Shown here piece by piece: positions 52,436 to 64,000 of a stretch of DNA of 64,000 bases. The stretch's first letter is position 1. Each line of letters begins with the position of its first letter. Origin of the DNA: Chiloscyllium plagiosum (taxonomy: Eukaryota); the NCBI RefSeq assembly GCF_004010195.1, contig NC_057718.1, forward strand, positions 14,239,742 through 14,303,741, written 5' to 3'. Both the position numbers and the translations under genes were made by a program. The notes under the pieces are model-generated. The model was not told the origin of the DNA. It searched no databases and worked only from the letters and a program-made list of their open reading frames with translations.

Positions 52436-53941
52436 ATAGCATAGTGCAGAGATAGAGCAGTGCAGTGTGCGGGAAAGTTTTGGTATCCCTAACAGGACAG
52501 CATTCCCTCAATACTGCACTGGGAGTGTCAGCAGAGACTTCTATGCTCAGATCCTTAGCGGATGGTGTACTGTTAAATGTTGAACTTGCTACCGAGTAAC
52601 ATGCCAAGATCATAAAGAATATTGTTTAACTTCAGCAATGCAATCCAGGATTAGAACCGTGTGTTGGAGCACCTGTGCAATTCATTCTGAAATACTGCAG
52701 CACTTTGAGAAAAGATCATGGAAAAGAAATCGCTGGACAGTTAGAGAAACGCATAAGGAAGAAGGAATTGGAGAATTATGTTGATGGGGCGAGATGAAAG
52801 AGGACTGGGAGAAGGTGTGTATGCAGCAGAAATACTAAGTTGGGCTGGAGAGCCTGTCTTGGTTCTCTCTTTTACACGCGATGGGGTGATCATTACAACC
52901 AGCTCTCCTGTGGCAAACCTTCAGTTGTTGGACAGAAACTCAACTTGAGCGCACTGTCCCTGGAGCACTCATTCAACTGTCTGTTGAATGAATTCAAGAG
53001 AAGATGGAAATAAATGTCTGTCTCTTGGGCGTGGAGGGAATGTGGAGAGACAGACTGTAACTGCCCTTCCAGCCAGGCACAGTGTGGGCCTTGAATCAGT
53101 TTGCAGCTTGAGACATGCACCTATGGACTGGACGTTACGCATGAGGGAAGGAGTTGACCAGGGCAGAAGAGAAAGCTGCTTGACAATAACCCCAGCAAAT
53201 AGTTCAGGTACAAAGATTTGCAACCAAGTCATTTCAGCAGCAGGAGCTTTATATACCCGTGCAGCAGGCATAACAGCCTTACCTGAAGGCCTGCACTACT
53301 GACAAGGGAACATTCCCGCAGTACTGCAGCCACTTGTCAGTCCAGATCAGCAGCTCATCCTTGGAGTTGAAGTGTCTGACAAACTGGGAGCATCACCTCG
53401 CTAGAACTGGTCCCCTGAGTGGATGCAGACTTTCAATAGACTCCGCATTAAAAAGCGCTGACAAATTATCTGAAGGCTGTCGATTCAAATGTAAGCATTT
53501 ATATCATATTTGCCGCAACTTCAGGATGTCCCAAAGAACTTCCATCCAGTAGAATATGTTCGAAGCATTGTCACTGTTTAATGTAGGAAACTCAGCAGCT
53601 AAATTGTGCACAGGAAGCTCCCGCAAGCAGCAGTGCAATCATGAGCAGTTAATCTGTTTACCGTGACGTTGATTGAGGGATAGGTACTGGCCAGGTCACT
53701 GGTGTGAACACCTGCTTTCCTTCAAAATCGAGCTGCGCAATACTTTACCTCTACCTGATGGGATATAAGGAGTCTCAGAATGTAGCACTTCCAACAGGGC
53801 GGTATTCCCTCAGTACTGCACTGGAATGTTAGCCTGACAGTCGAAATGCTGAACCCAAAATCTGTGGCTGAGAGACCAAGAGCGTTAGCAACTGAGCAAG
53901 TCATGAGACTGCTTACAAGAAGGGTATTTCAGGGAAGGGTA

Positions 53942-54096
53942 CAGAGGGACCTCGATTATCCGAAGGACACGGGTTGGTTAATTGAATTCTGGACAATTGA
54001 ATGCCAGATAACATAGATTAGTCATCGGGACCTTGCGATCTTGCCGGATAATCCGATATTTTGATAATCAAATGCCGGATAATCAAGTTTCCTCTG
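53942..54096. mobile_element. Tigger/pogo-like MITE
   Basis: TA|cagagggacctcgattatcc ... ggataatcaagtttcctctg|TA: TIRs, TA TSD and internal ggataat repeats. Confidence 0.8.
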
Positions 54097-57000
54097 TATT
54101 TGCATCACTGGCTAAGTGATTCAGTGCGGTATAGAAACCCACGGGTTTTTATACTTACCTTATGCACAACAATTTCTCACTCCCAGAACTTTAATAAAGT
54201 ACAGGCTCTTGAGTCAGAAGTTTGTGGGTTTAAATCCTGCTCCAGACATCCGAGCACACCCTCTGGACTATTGGAATTGCTAAAGTTTGGGTGAAATGTC
54301 AGTCCAAGGCTCCATCTGTTTCCTCAGGAGCGTGCAGAAGATCCCACGATACCATTGGGAAGAAGGACAAAGTGGGGCCAGAGGTGTCCTGACCAATATC
54401 ACCCCTCACTCAATTTTACTGAAACAGATGATCCAGTCAGATGTTGCTTTTTTGTGGGATCTTGCTGTGCAGAAACAGACTGTCGCTGGGGAAGTGGTGG
54501 AGTAATGGTAATGACACTGGAACGATAATCGAGAACGTCAGGCTTGTGCTCTGAGGGACATGGGTTTGAATCCCACTGTGGTAGATGGTGAAGTTTGAAT
54601 TGAGTGAAAACCTGGAATTAAAAGCCAGCTGAATGTCATTCACGTAGCCGTTACTAATTGTTGAACCAACTCATCAGGATCAACGATGTCCTTTAGGGAA
54701 GGAAATCAGCCCTTTCTTCCTGCTGTGGCCGACATGTGACTCCAGACTCACACCAATGTGGTTGGTTCTATGCTGTCATCTGAGCAATAAGAGGTGTGGG
54801 ATAAATGTTGGTCTGTCCAATAACACCCACATCCCATTAGCATTCAAAATAAAATTCTGACATTACAGCAATAATTCCATTCCAAACGTATTTCACTTAC
54901 TGTGGCTGGGTCAAACTCCAGGTATTGTGAGGCCCTTTGGAAGGCTGGTACCATATGAATGCAGGTCCCCTCTCCGACTGGAACAACACGAGATGGATCC
55001 ATTCATCCTGAGACTGTGAGCGAAATTCAGAAATCCTTGCTCTAAGACCCTTCCTTGTCTCTGCCCTTTGTTTCCTATGAGCTGCAGGGAGTGTGAATGG
55101 ATCTAATTGTACACAGTACAATGATTGTAGCAATTATTAAGCCAGGGCTGTGACAACAGGCCAGGAGCTGGTGAGAAGGCAATCAGCTCCTACGCTTCAT
55201 GAAAGGTGCCTTGATGTTTCCCAGCCAACAGCTCAGTGTGGACTTGGAGAAGGTGCGGCTTTAAACTAGTTCTCATCTGGGCCTGCTGAAGAGATTGCTG
55301 TATCAGTGTGAACCCTCATGTTTGGAACTGATGAACTCCAGACATGCTGCTGATGATAGCACTGGGCAATTCTCTCACCTTTCCATCCAGTTCCAGGACC
55401 CTGTGGAGTGAGAGAGATCCCACCTGCACGGTGCCCCCTCACTTATTTCACATCCAACTGCTTCTTTTTTGTACCATTCCTTCTGTGCAGCACTTTCTGA
55501 ATGAAGGGGCAGGTGAACATCTCAGTCTGGGAGAGGCAGGGGCAGGGGCTGATCCTGCTGCTTCTCCTGGCCTGTCACCCCAGCCCCCAGCTGAGCATAG
55601 AGCTCCCTCACCACTCCCAACCCTACCACCATGACCCCAGACCCTGGTTATTGGGCCTAACGCACCTTCCTTGTCAAGGGCCCTGCACACTGGAGGCATC
55701 CTAAAGTTCTAGAATCAATTCCCCATCAGCTGGCAGCATTTACAGATAGTTCTTCTGTAACGCGATGATTGCGTTCTTGTGCAACCCCGTGAAAACAGCG
55801 CTTAACGTGTTGGTGATGTAATCGTGTTGCAGCCAACATGCACTTTAGGAACAGTGTCCCCAGTTTGTCCACCGCTTTGCAGCGAATTCATGTTAACGAA
55901 ATGTGCGTCATGACAGAACGACCTGCACACGGGCATGTCAAATATCAGAATAGTTCAAGTGGACAAAGAACTTCCTCAAAGAAAGAAAGAGGCGGGATGC
56001 TGATATTTGTTGCTTATCCTTTATGGGCTTCTGTGAAGGGCACAGAACGCCTGGGCAAGAAGGCAGCAGGTTTGAGGGTGGGTCTGGCTTCCCATGGATT
56101 GACAGGGACGCCCTTGCCAGAATGTTCCGGAGGACTTGGCACATCTACTTGCCTGCTCGGCCAGATTGAGGTGGATGGCCGTGGGCGATATGGGTTAGAA
56201 AGCTGGAAGCATGTTAGTGGAAAGGAGCCCTATTTTAGTCAGCCCCTGAGGGGCTGCGGATAAAGCCGCAGACATCCAGTGAAGTTGTTTGGAGGTTTCA
56301 TTCCTCACTTGTACCGGGTTCCTGGTGATTAATGGCAATGTTAGATCATTTGGAATGTAGCCGAGGCAAATTATCACAAGCAGCACGAAGCTGGGAAAAG
56401 TGAGACTAATACCTACTTATTAGCTCTGATATTATACCTCTATTAAATTTACAGCCAGTGCAACATAACAGTGGCTTTCACTGACAAAGACATTGACTTT
56501 CATTCATTCTTTAGCCTGATTTTGAAACTCGGCAGTATTTCCTTGCATTGAGTAAATCGATCTGTTGATGTTTCCTGGGTCAAACACCAGCACTGCCAGT
56601 ACGATGTGGTCTGAGTACTATGTGTTAGCTTGGTAACACATAACACAAAGAATGAGTTCTGTTTGAGACAGTGTCTTGAAGTTTATTAACAATACTTATC
56701 TCCATTGCTGTGATATTATAGACTTATACATAGTCTGGGTTCTGTGCTTACTGATATTATAGTACGTTACGTACATATAACTGGCTGACTAAAGATAACA
56801 CATTGAATCAATGACTCAGGGAAAGTGACTGTAGGTGAGAGGGATATCTTTATACCAGGACGCCGTAGCCCCTAATGTTGTATAACTGTCTTAAAGATAC
56901 ACACTGGAGCCTTTTCAATAGCCCAAGAAGATAGAGGGCAAACTGGCAACAAAACTGAAGGACACAGCAAGGCAGTGCTGACTCTCGGCTGTTGATATTC

Positions 57001-57884
57001 CAGGCATGAAGGGCTTATTTTATGAAGCACTTAAAATTGTTCAGAATATTGTGAGGCCGGCTATGACTGACCCAGCTTGAATCACTGCCTGTTTGATGCC
57101 AAACAGGAGCCCAGTGGGTTGAATTTCAAGAATCTAAGACATATTTCAGATAGGGGCTAAGCATACCAGGAAATAAAGCATGGGATGTAGGTAACATGGG
57201 ATGTAAGTAACGCTGGCAAGGCTGGCATTTTTTTGCCCATCCCTAATTGCCCCTTGCACTGGGTGGTCTAGAGTCTCGTGTAGACCAGACCAAGTTAGAG
57301 TGGCTGATTTCTTTTCTTAAAGGGCTCTAATGAAGCAAATAGGTTTTTCTTTTCAGTAATCAATGATCATCGTCATGGTTACCATTACTCCAATTCCAGA
57401 TTTCTTAATTGAAAGTTGCCACAATGGGATTTGACCCTCAGAATGTAAGCCTCAGCCTCAGGATTACTAACAACAAATTCCCATCTGCCCTGTGAGCAAT
57501 CAACCAAGATTTCTACTCTCAATCACATTTCAACCATCCAGGCCACAGTCAAATACTTAACAGTGGCCATTGTCAAGACTGTTATCCTGACTAATGGCTA
57601 CTCCATGGGTGGGAGCTGATGAGGGCAGTGTGGAGCAGCAAGGTCAGCCATTTTCCAGTTACTACATGCAAGGAATCTTCCAAAAGTGGGGGAGAATGAT
57701 GTGTAGAAAAAAGATTTGCTTTACAAAACCTTCTATAAATAAACTTCAGAAAAATAAAAAGAATACTTGAAGAGAATCCTAGAGATCAGGCTTCTTTGAA
57801 GAAAACGTTTGGCTGATTCAGAGATTGAGACTGACCTTTGCCACCTGGATGGCAATGCCCTTTTTAAGATTATTCGTGATCTCT

Positions 57885-58118
57885 AAAACAAAATAAAGAA
57901 TACCGATCCTGGAAGTCTGGAATCGAGACAGAAGGTGCTGGAGAAACTCAGCAGGTCTGGGCAGTATTTGTATAGAGAAAAACAGAGTCAACATTTCGAG
58001 TCCAGTGACCTATCATCAATCAAAGGGGTCATTGGACTCAAACTGTTGACTCTGTTTTTCTCTCCACAGAGGCATGCTCAGACCTGCTGAGTTTCTCCTA
58101 CATTTTCTGTTCTTGTTT
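57885..58118. mobile_element. Penelope-like fold-back palindrome (family B)
   Basis: Arms of about 80 bp (57925-58008 and 58026-58112) around a short loop. Confidence 0.7.
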
Positions 58119-60614
58119 GTGATCACTGATGAGTTGGAATTGACCTGAAAATAGCCTTTACTAGGTGTGCAGGCGATTTGATGTGTGAGGTAACTCATTC
58201 AAAAAGGACCTGAGAGTCATGTTCCTCCTGAGGTATCTAAAGTGAATGTTATGCCTTTGTAATAAGAACTTGCCAGACTGTTGCCAGTTTGGGAAGGCAA
58301 TGGCCTGGTGGGGTTATTGCTGGACTGATAACCCAGAGACCCAGGTAATGGTCTGGGAATCTGTGATCGAGTCTTGCCACAGCAGATGGTAGAATTTAAA
58401 TTCAATACAAATCTGAAATTAAGTATCTAATGATGACCACAAATTCACTGCTGATTATCAGGAAACCCAGTTGGTTCACTAATGTCCTTTAGGGAAGGAA
58501 ACTGCCATCCTTACCTGGTCTAGCCTACATGTGACTCCAGACCCACAGCAATGTGGTTGAGTCTGAACTGCAATTAGACATGGGAAATAAATGCTGGTCT
58601 AACCAGTGACACCCTCATCCCATGAATGAATACAGTCAGTTCAACTATCATGTGTTGGTGTATGCAATCAGTGTTATAAGAAAATTGCATAATAGCAACA
58701 CCATTTAAACTAAAGGGGCTGGAATTGCTTTATAACCGATACATGCTTTAAAAGTTCACACTGTAGAAACAGTGTCCCCAATTCGTCAATTGAGCTACAG
58801 TGAATTTGCATTAACAAAACGTACGTTACAGCAGAATGACCTGTGTCAAGATATGCCTTTGAGACAGATTGCAAATCTGACTTAGCATCAACTCAGAAAC
58901 TGTGGAGAGGTTTCATTTTCAAAAACATGATGATCTGTTATAATCTGAAAGGCGCTGTCTGAAAGGCTGACCAAAGCAGATTCAGTTGTAACATCTGAAG
59001 GAGGAATGGGATAACCAGCCGAGAATGAGTTTGGAGAAAGGGGGGTCTTTTGAGGTTTTTCTTTGTAAGAGATGTGGGGGCGAATGTCCAGGAGAGCCTT
59101 GTCCCACAGTGGGGGTGGCAATGGCAATGGCCTGGATCACGCTGCCCGGGGAGCATTGGAAGTGGAAACATTCAAGGATTTCAAAAGGAAATTGGGTTGG
59201 GGACTTGAAGGCAGTAAATATGCAGGGCAACAGGGAGAGAGCAGGGGAAGATGGTCCGTAGAGAGCTGGCATGGACTCAATTGGCAGAATGGCCTCATTC
59301 TGTGCAGTACTGACTCAGAGCAGGCAATAGCCTGTTCAAAGTGATTGCACGGGCATGAAGGACTGAGTGGCTGACTTCCACATCACATTGGCAAAAGAGC
59401 AAGAACTGAGTGCTGTTTTATCCTAAGGTCTGAGTCACGTCTCAGTTTTATGAACCACAGCTGACTGGCCTCTCTGTTTGGGTTAGAGAGAGACTTGCAG
59501 TGATTTGGATTTGTAGTGTGCATATCTGCTCAAATCTTGATCTCTCTCCAAATGTAATCGCATAATTGCATTTCTGTCCTGCAACACTAAAAGGTTTTGG
59601 AAATAACTGTACGTGAGCAGACAGCTTTGACTGGGAGAGCACTAAACTTCCATCCACCAGGTTCAAGGTGTCCCCATCTCCCACTCAGCCTTGATGGAGC
59701 AGTGCCCCATGCTCCTTAGGAGGGTGGTTGATCTTCCCGATGAAACATGGGATTTCCAAAGATGGAAGGGGAACTTGTCCTACACCTTTTAGAGAAGAAT
59801 AGGAGCATGATGTGAAGGATAAAATGTTTGGGAAAAGGGCATGGGGAGTGAGATTAAGTGGATTCATGGACAGGATTAACAGAGATGCAAGAGTGAATGG
59901 TCTCCGCTGTGCTGTAACCATCTTAGAACTTCACAATTCCAGTCATGGTATCAGCTTGGCAGGTTAAATAGCTGGTTTGAAGCAAGGGAATTGAAGAGGA
60001 AACAAAGCTTAGGGCTAAGTAAATGTGAAAGCATCATCTTACCCTCAGAATGTCTCAGCACTGACTTGTGGTTACTGCAGAAGGATGTGATAGCTCATTT
60101 CTAACACAGCAAGCTCCCACAGGCAGCAGTGAAATGAACGACCAGTTATTACGATTTTGGGGGTGTTGTTTGTGGAAAAATATTTGGCCACAACTCTGGG
60201 ACAAATCCCTGCTGTTCCAAGCAAGGGAAATTTTAAACTGTGTGTTGCCCTCTCATCTGTGAAGTTTGAATATTCTGGGTTCAAGTCTCAAAACAGAAAA
60301 CCAAGGACATAACCTTGGAAAACATTCCACAATAGTAGACTGTGGGAACACTGCACTATGGGTGGTGCTGTCTTTTAGATGAGACATTAACTCATGGCCC
60401 CTTCTCCCCTCTCAGGCAGCCACAAAAGATCCCAGGCTTTGTCTGGAAGAAGGGAAGGGAAGTTGTCCCCATTGTCCTCATATATATTTACTCTGCCATC
60501 ACTAAATTAGCGAGAGTGATAGTTATGACATTGCTCTTTATGGAACCTTGCATTGAGCAAATCATATTTCTTACATTTCAATAGTGATTACACTTCAGAG
60601 ATATTCATTGTCAG

Positions 60615-61148
60615 AATTCACATGACACCAGGTTATAGTCCAACAGGTTTATTTCAAATCACACAAGCTTTCAGAGCACAGCCCCTTCATCAGGTGCAAG
60701 AAGAGAGCAGGGCACACAGACACACAGTTTATAGGCAGAGACCAAAAGATCATACAACTGATGAGTGGAGTATCAGATAATACGTCTCTGCAGGTGACTG
60801 AGAGTGTTAGACAGTGAGTAAAGTGTTTATAAAGTCCATGTCAGTGCTGTGCTTTCATAACAATCAGGCAGAGCGCTAGGAATATACAAAAGGTGGCATC
60901 TCAGGTTAGACACTGAATTGTAGGTGTGAGGTTTGTTCAGAATCTGTCTCAGAGTTTTAACCTGGAATCACCCAGAACCACCCAGAATCTTCTGAAAGCT
61001 GGGATTTATAAGATGCCACATTGACTGACTGTGACTACAACTTTTGTGTTTTTTGAACAAAATCGAATGTATCTGCAAATAAACAAACCTCATGGATGGA
61101 ATGAATCACCCCATAGATTTATACTTGTGTGTGTGAGAGAGAGAGAGA

Positions 61149-61181
<33 letters not shown>

Positions 61182-62900
61182 TGCATGAGAGAGAGAGAGA
61201 GAGAGAGAGAGTGTGTGTGAGAGAGAGAGAGAGAGAGTGNNNNNNNNNNNNNNNNNNNNNNNNNNNNNNNNNNNNNNNNNNNNNNNNNNNNNNNNNNNNN
61301 NNNNNNNNNNNNNNNNNNNNNNNNNNNNNNNNNNNNNNNNNNNNNNNNNNNNNNNNNNNNNNNNNNNNNNNNNNNNNNNNNNNNNNNNNNNNNNNNNNNN
61401 NNNNNNNNNNNNNNNNNNNNNNNNNNNNNNNNNNNNNNNNNNNNNNNNNNNNNNNNNNNNNNNNNNNNNNNNNNNNNNNNNNNNNNNNNNNNNNNNNNNN
61501 NNNNNNNNNNNNNNNNNNNNNNNNNNNNNNNNNNNNNNNNNNNNNNNNNNNNNNNNNNNNNNNNNNNNNNNNNNNNNNNNNNNNNNNNNNNNNNNNNNNN
61601 NNNNNNNNNNNNNNNNNNNNNNNNNNNNNNNNNNNNNNNNNNNNNNNNNNNNNNNNNNNNNNNNNNNNNNNNNNNGTGTGTGAGAGAGAGTGTGTGTGTG
61701 AGAGAGAGTGTGTGCATGAGAGAGTGTGTGTGTCTAGTTGAGAGAGTGTGTTAGTGTGAGAAAGAATATGTGTGTGAGGTGTGTGTGTATTTGAGACAGA
61801 GTGCGCGTGTGTGACAGAGTGTGTGTATGTCTGTATGAGAAAGAGAGTGTATGTGCGTGTGAGAGAGGGTGTGTGTGAGAGTGTGTGTGTGAGTGTGTGA
61901 GAGAGAGAGTCTGTGAATGTGTGTGAGAGTGTGTGTGTGACTGTGTGAGAGAGAGGGTCTGTGTGAATGTGTGTGTTTGTGTGTGTGTGTGAAAAAGTGT
62001 AATAAGTAATTCAAAACTGTACAAACTAATTAAGGTAGCGAGATCATAACAATTTATCAAGGTGATGGTATCAAAGCAGGAAAGTAAAGAAGATTTTACA
62101 GATACAGAACAGTATGGTGGGGTCACATGTAACACAACATGAACCCAAGATCATGGTTGAGGCCATCTTCATGGGCATGGAACTTGGCTATTAGTTTCTG
62201 CTCGGCGATTCTGCATTGTTGTGTATCTTGAAGGACATCTACCCCAAGATTGGAGGCTGAATGTACATGGCTGCTGAAGTGGTCTCTGACTGGGAGGGAA
62301 CATTTCTGTCTGGTGATTGTGGTGCAGTGTCCATTCATCTATTGTCTTAGCATCTGAATGGTCTCGCCAATATACTATGCTTTGGAGCATCCTTGCCTGC
62401 AGCACATGACATAGACAATATTGGCCAAGTCACATGAGTATCTGCCATGTACGTAGTGGGTGGTGTTCCCACATGTGATAGTAGTATCCATGTCGATGAT
62501 CTGACATGTCTTGCATAGGTTGCCGTGGTGGGGTTGTGGTCGATGTTGTCCTGAAGGCTGGGTAGTTTGCTGCGAACAATGGTCTGTTTAAGGTTTGGTG
62601 GTTGTTGAAGGTGAGAAGAGGGGGTGTAGTGATGATCTTGGTGAAATGCTTATCGTTATTGATGGCATGTTGAAGGCTGCAAAGAACATGGAGTAGTCTC
62701 TCTGATCCAGGGATGTACTGGACAATGACGGGTACTTTGTCGGTCGTATCCTGTGTAGAATTTCTGAGGAGGTCGTTGTGGTTTTTCGCTGTGGCACGTC
62801 AGAAATGGTGATCAATGAGTTGAGCATCATATCCCATAATTATGAGAGTGTCCTTCAAAGTCTTTAGGTGTCCATCGCGCTCCTCCTCACCTGAGTAGAT
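60615..62900 (-). mobile_element. Penelope-like element 3' half: GIY-YIG endonuclease remnant, internal GA/GT microsatellite with gap, terminal repeat with hammerhead
   Basis: Minus strand GRYSCDLANIVYVMCCRQGCSKA*YIGETIQMLRQ*MNGH...PVRDHFS...RIAEQKLIAKFHAHEDGLN (about 62455-62125); terminal repeat at 60615-60760. Continuity across the gap is inferred. Confidence 0.8.
61126..61991. repeat. (GA)n/(GT)n compound microsatellite containing an assembly gap (61240-61675)
   Basis: Read directly from the sequence. Confidence 0.95.
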
Positions 62901-63118
62901 CTATTGGGTTATAGCACTTTGGGAAGTTCTGTGTTTGCCAAAGGTGCTTTATAAATGTATGTCTTTCTTTTCTTGTCTGGTGGGATGTTACAGATAAATC
63001 ACTTTTTTTTCCATTTTTCACAGGATGTGGGCATCACTGGCTACGCCTGCATTTATTGCGCACTGGGGTACGGATAGATCCTCAGTGCTGTTACCTCATG
63101 ACAGTGAATGGACAGCAG

Positions 63119-63660
63119 TGTGAGAATGCTGTCACTTTAAGAAGGTTATTTTGTCCTTGGGTATTTTTTTTAAAGAGAGGTGCCAAAATGTCTGGAAGGA
63201 CCCTAATTTAACAATGGCAGGGGAGTGGCCAGTTCTCCCAGTTCAGATTTTGTTTCTAGTCTGGTTTAGTTGCAGCAGAAGCTGCTACAGTACAAAAAGG
63301 TTCCATGCTTCAGCAGATGATTCTTGACTGGCTGCTCTGTCTGAAATCTCTCCTGCCTGCGAAAACCTGTGTTTGAATTTACCTTTTGCCAAGGGGTGTG
63401 TTAATGGAATGTTACAGGAATTGGAACAGCTCCTTAGTTAAGTTGCAGTGTCGGGGCAGTTGAGGTTTCCAATAGTTAAGTTATTCTAGATTCTGTTTTC
63501 TTTTGTTCGTATTTCAATTGTAGTATTTAAATAAATTCTGTTTTGTTTAAAGTTGAATAGTTTGACCGGCTGCATCACATCTGCCTTCAAAATAAGAAAA
63601 GCTTAGGGCCTAGGTTATCTTCTTAAAATATTTTGAGGGGGTCTGGCCTGGTCCATAACA
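63119..63660 (+). mobile_element. Solo LTR, 542 bp (Gypsy-like)
   Basis: TG...CA termini, perfect 4-bp TSD gcag (63115-63118 and 63661-63664), AATAAA near 63530. Confidence 0.75.
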
Positions 63661-63907
63661 GCAGTATATTACATGTTACATGTAATATGTTAGATGTTGT
63701 AGTCTGCGACCGTGAATAGAAATGTAGAGGCTCTAACATTCCTTCCGTCACATAGCCAACTAGGAATCTCTCCTATCATTAGCATCTGCCATTAGTGTAT
63801 TGGATGGATTTACGATTGGTACTCACTGTGTGACCACATTATGACTATTTGAACATCAGGTCCTGTGGTTAGAATTTCTGACTCCAAGGCAGAGATGTTA
63901 CCAGCTA

Positions 63908-63979
63908 CAGAGGTGGTACAAGGAGCTACAAGGCAGAGGTGCTACAAGGAGCTACAAGGCAGAGGTGCTACAAGAAGCT
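63908..63979. repeat. 26-bp tandem repeat, about 2.8 copies (cagaggtgctacaaggagctacaagg)
   Basis: Read directly from the sequence. Confidence 0.85.
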
Positions 63980-64000
63980 CCCTTTCTCCATCTAAAACTG

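Noticed and set aside
50632..52613. Long ORFs (up to 536 aa) of PHCTAPL/VAQCSEG repeats
   Set aside because: Translations of a 21-bp minisatellite, open in several frames on both strands, with frame-shifting unit variants.

Overview
Vertebrate nuclear DNA, almost certainly from an elasmobranch (shark), judging by its HE1-type SINEs, CR1/HER1 LINEs and Deu-type SINEs. The only host coding sequence I can support is one 167-bp internal exon on the + strand (26506-26672) encoding [27 protein letters not shown]...AAASFFAR, which I recognise as kinesin KIF26B, so the window is most likely two long introns around one exon. The rest is dense in decayed mobile elements: CR1 and L2 LINE fragments, three SINE families, Penelope-like elements, TA-flanked MITEs and solo LTRs, plus mini/microsatellites and three assembly gaps. 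The most notable signals are: minimal hammerhead-ribozyme cores (CUGANGA...GAAA) in several Penelope-like terminal repeat families, often in fold-back form; tiny SINE fragments sitting between unusually long direct duplications (169 bp and 35 bp); a 67-bp locally templated inverted insertion; a CR1 insertion with twin-priming-like 5' inversion; and a 1.6-kb minisatellite that seems to have grown from a Deu-SINE motif. Family and gene names come from recall, not a database search, and most repeat boundaries are approximate.
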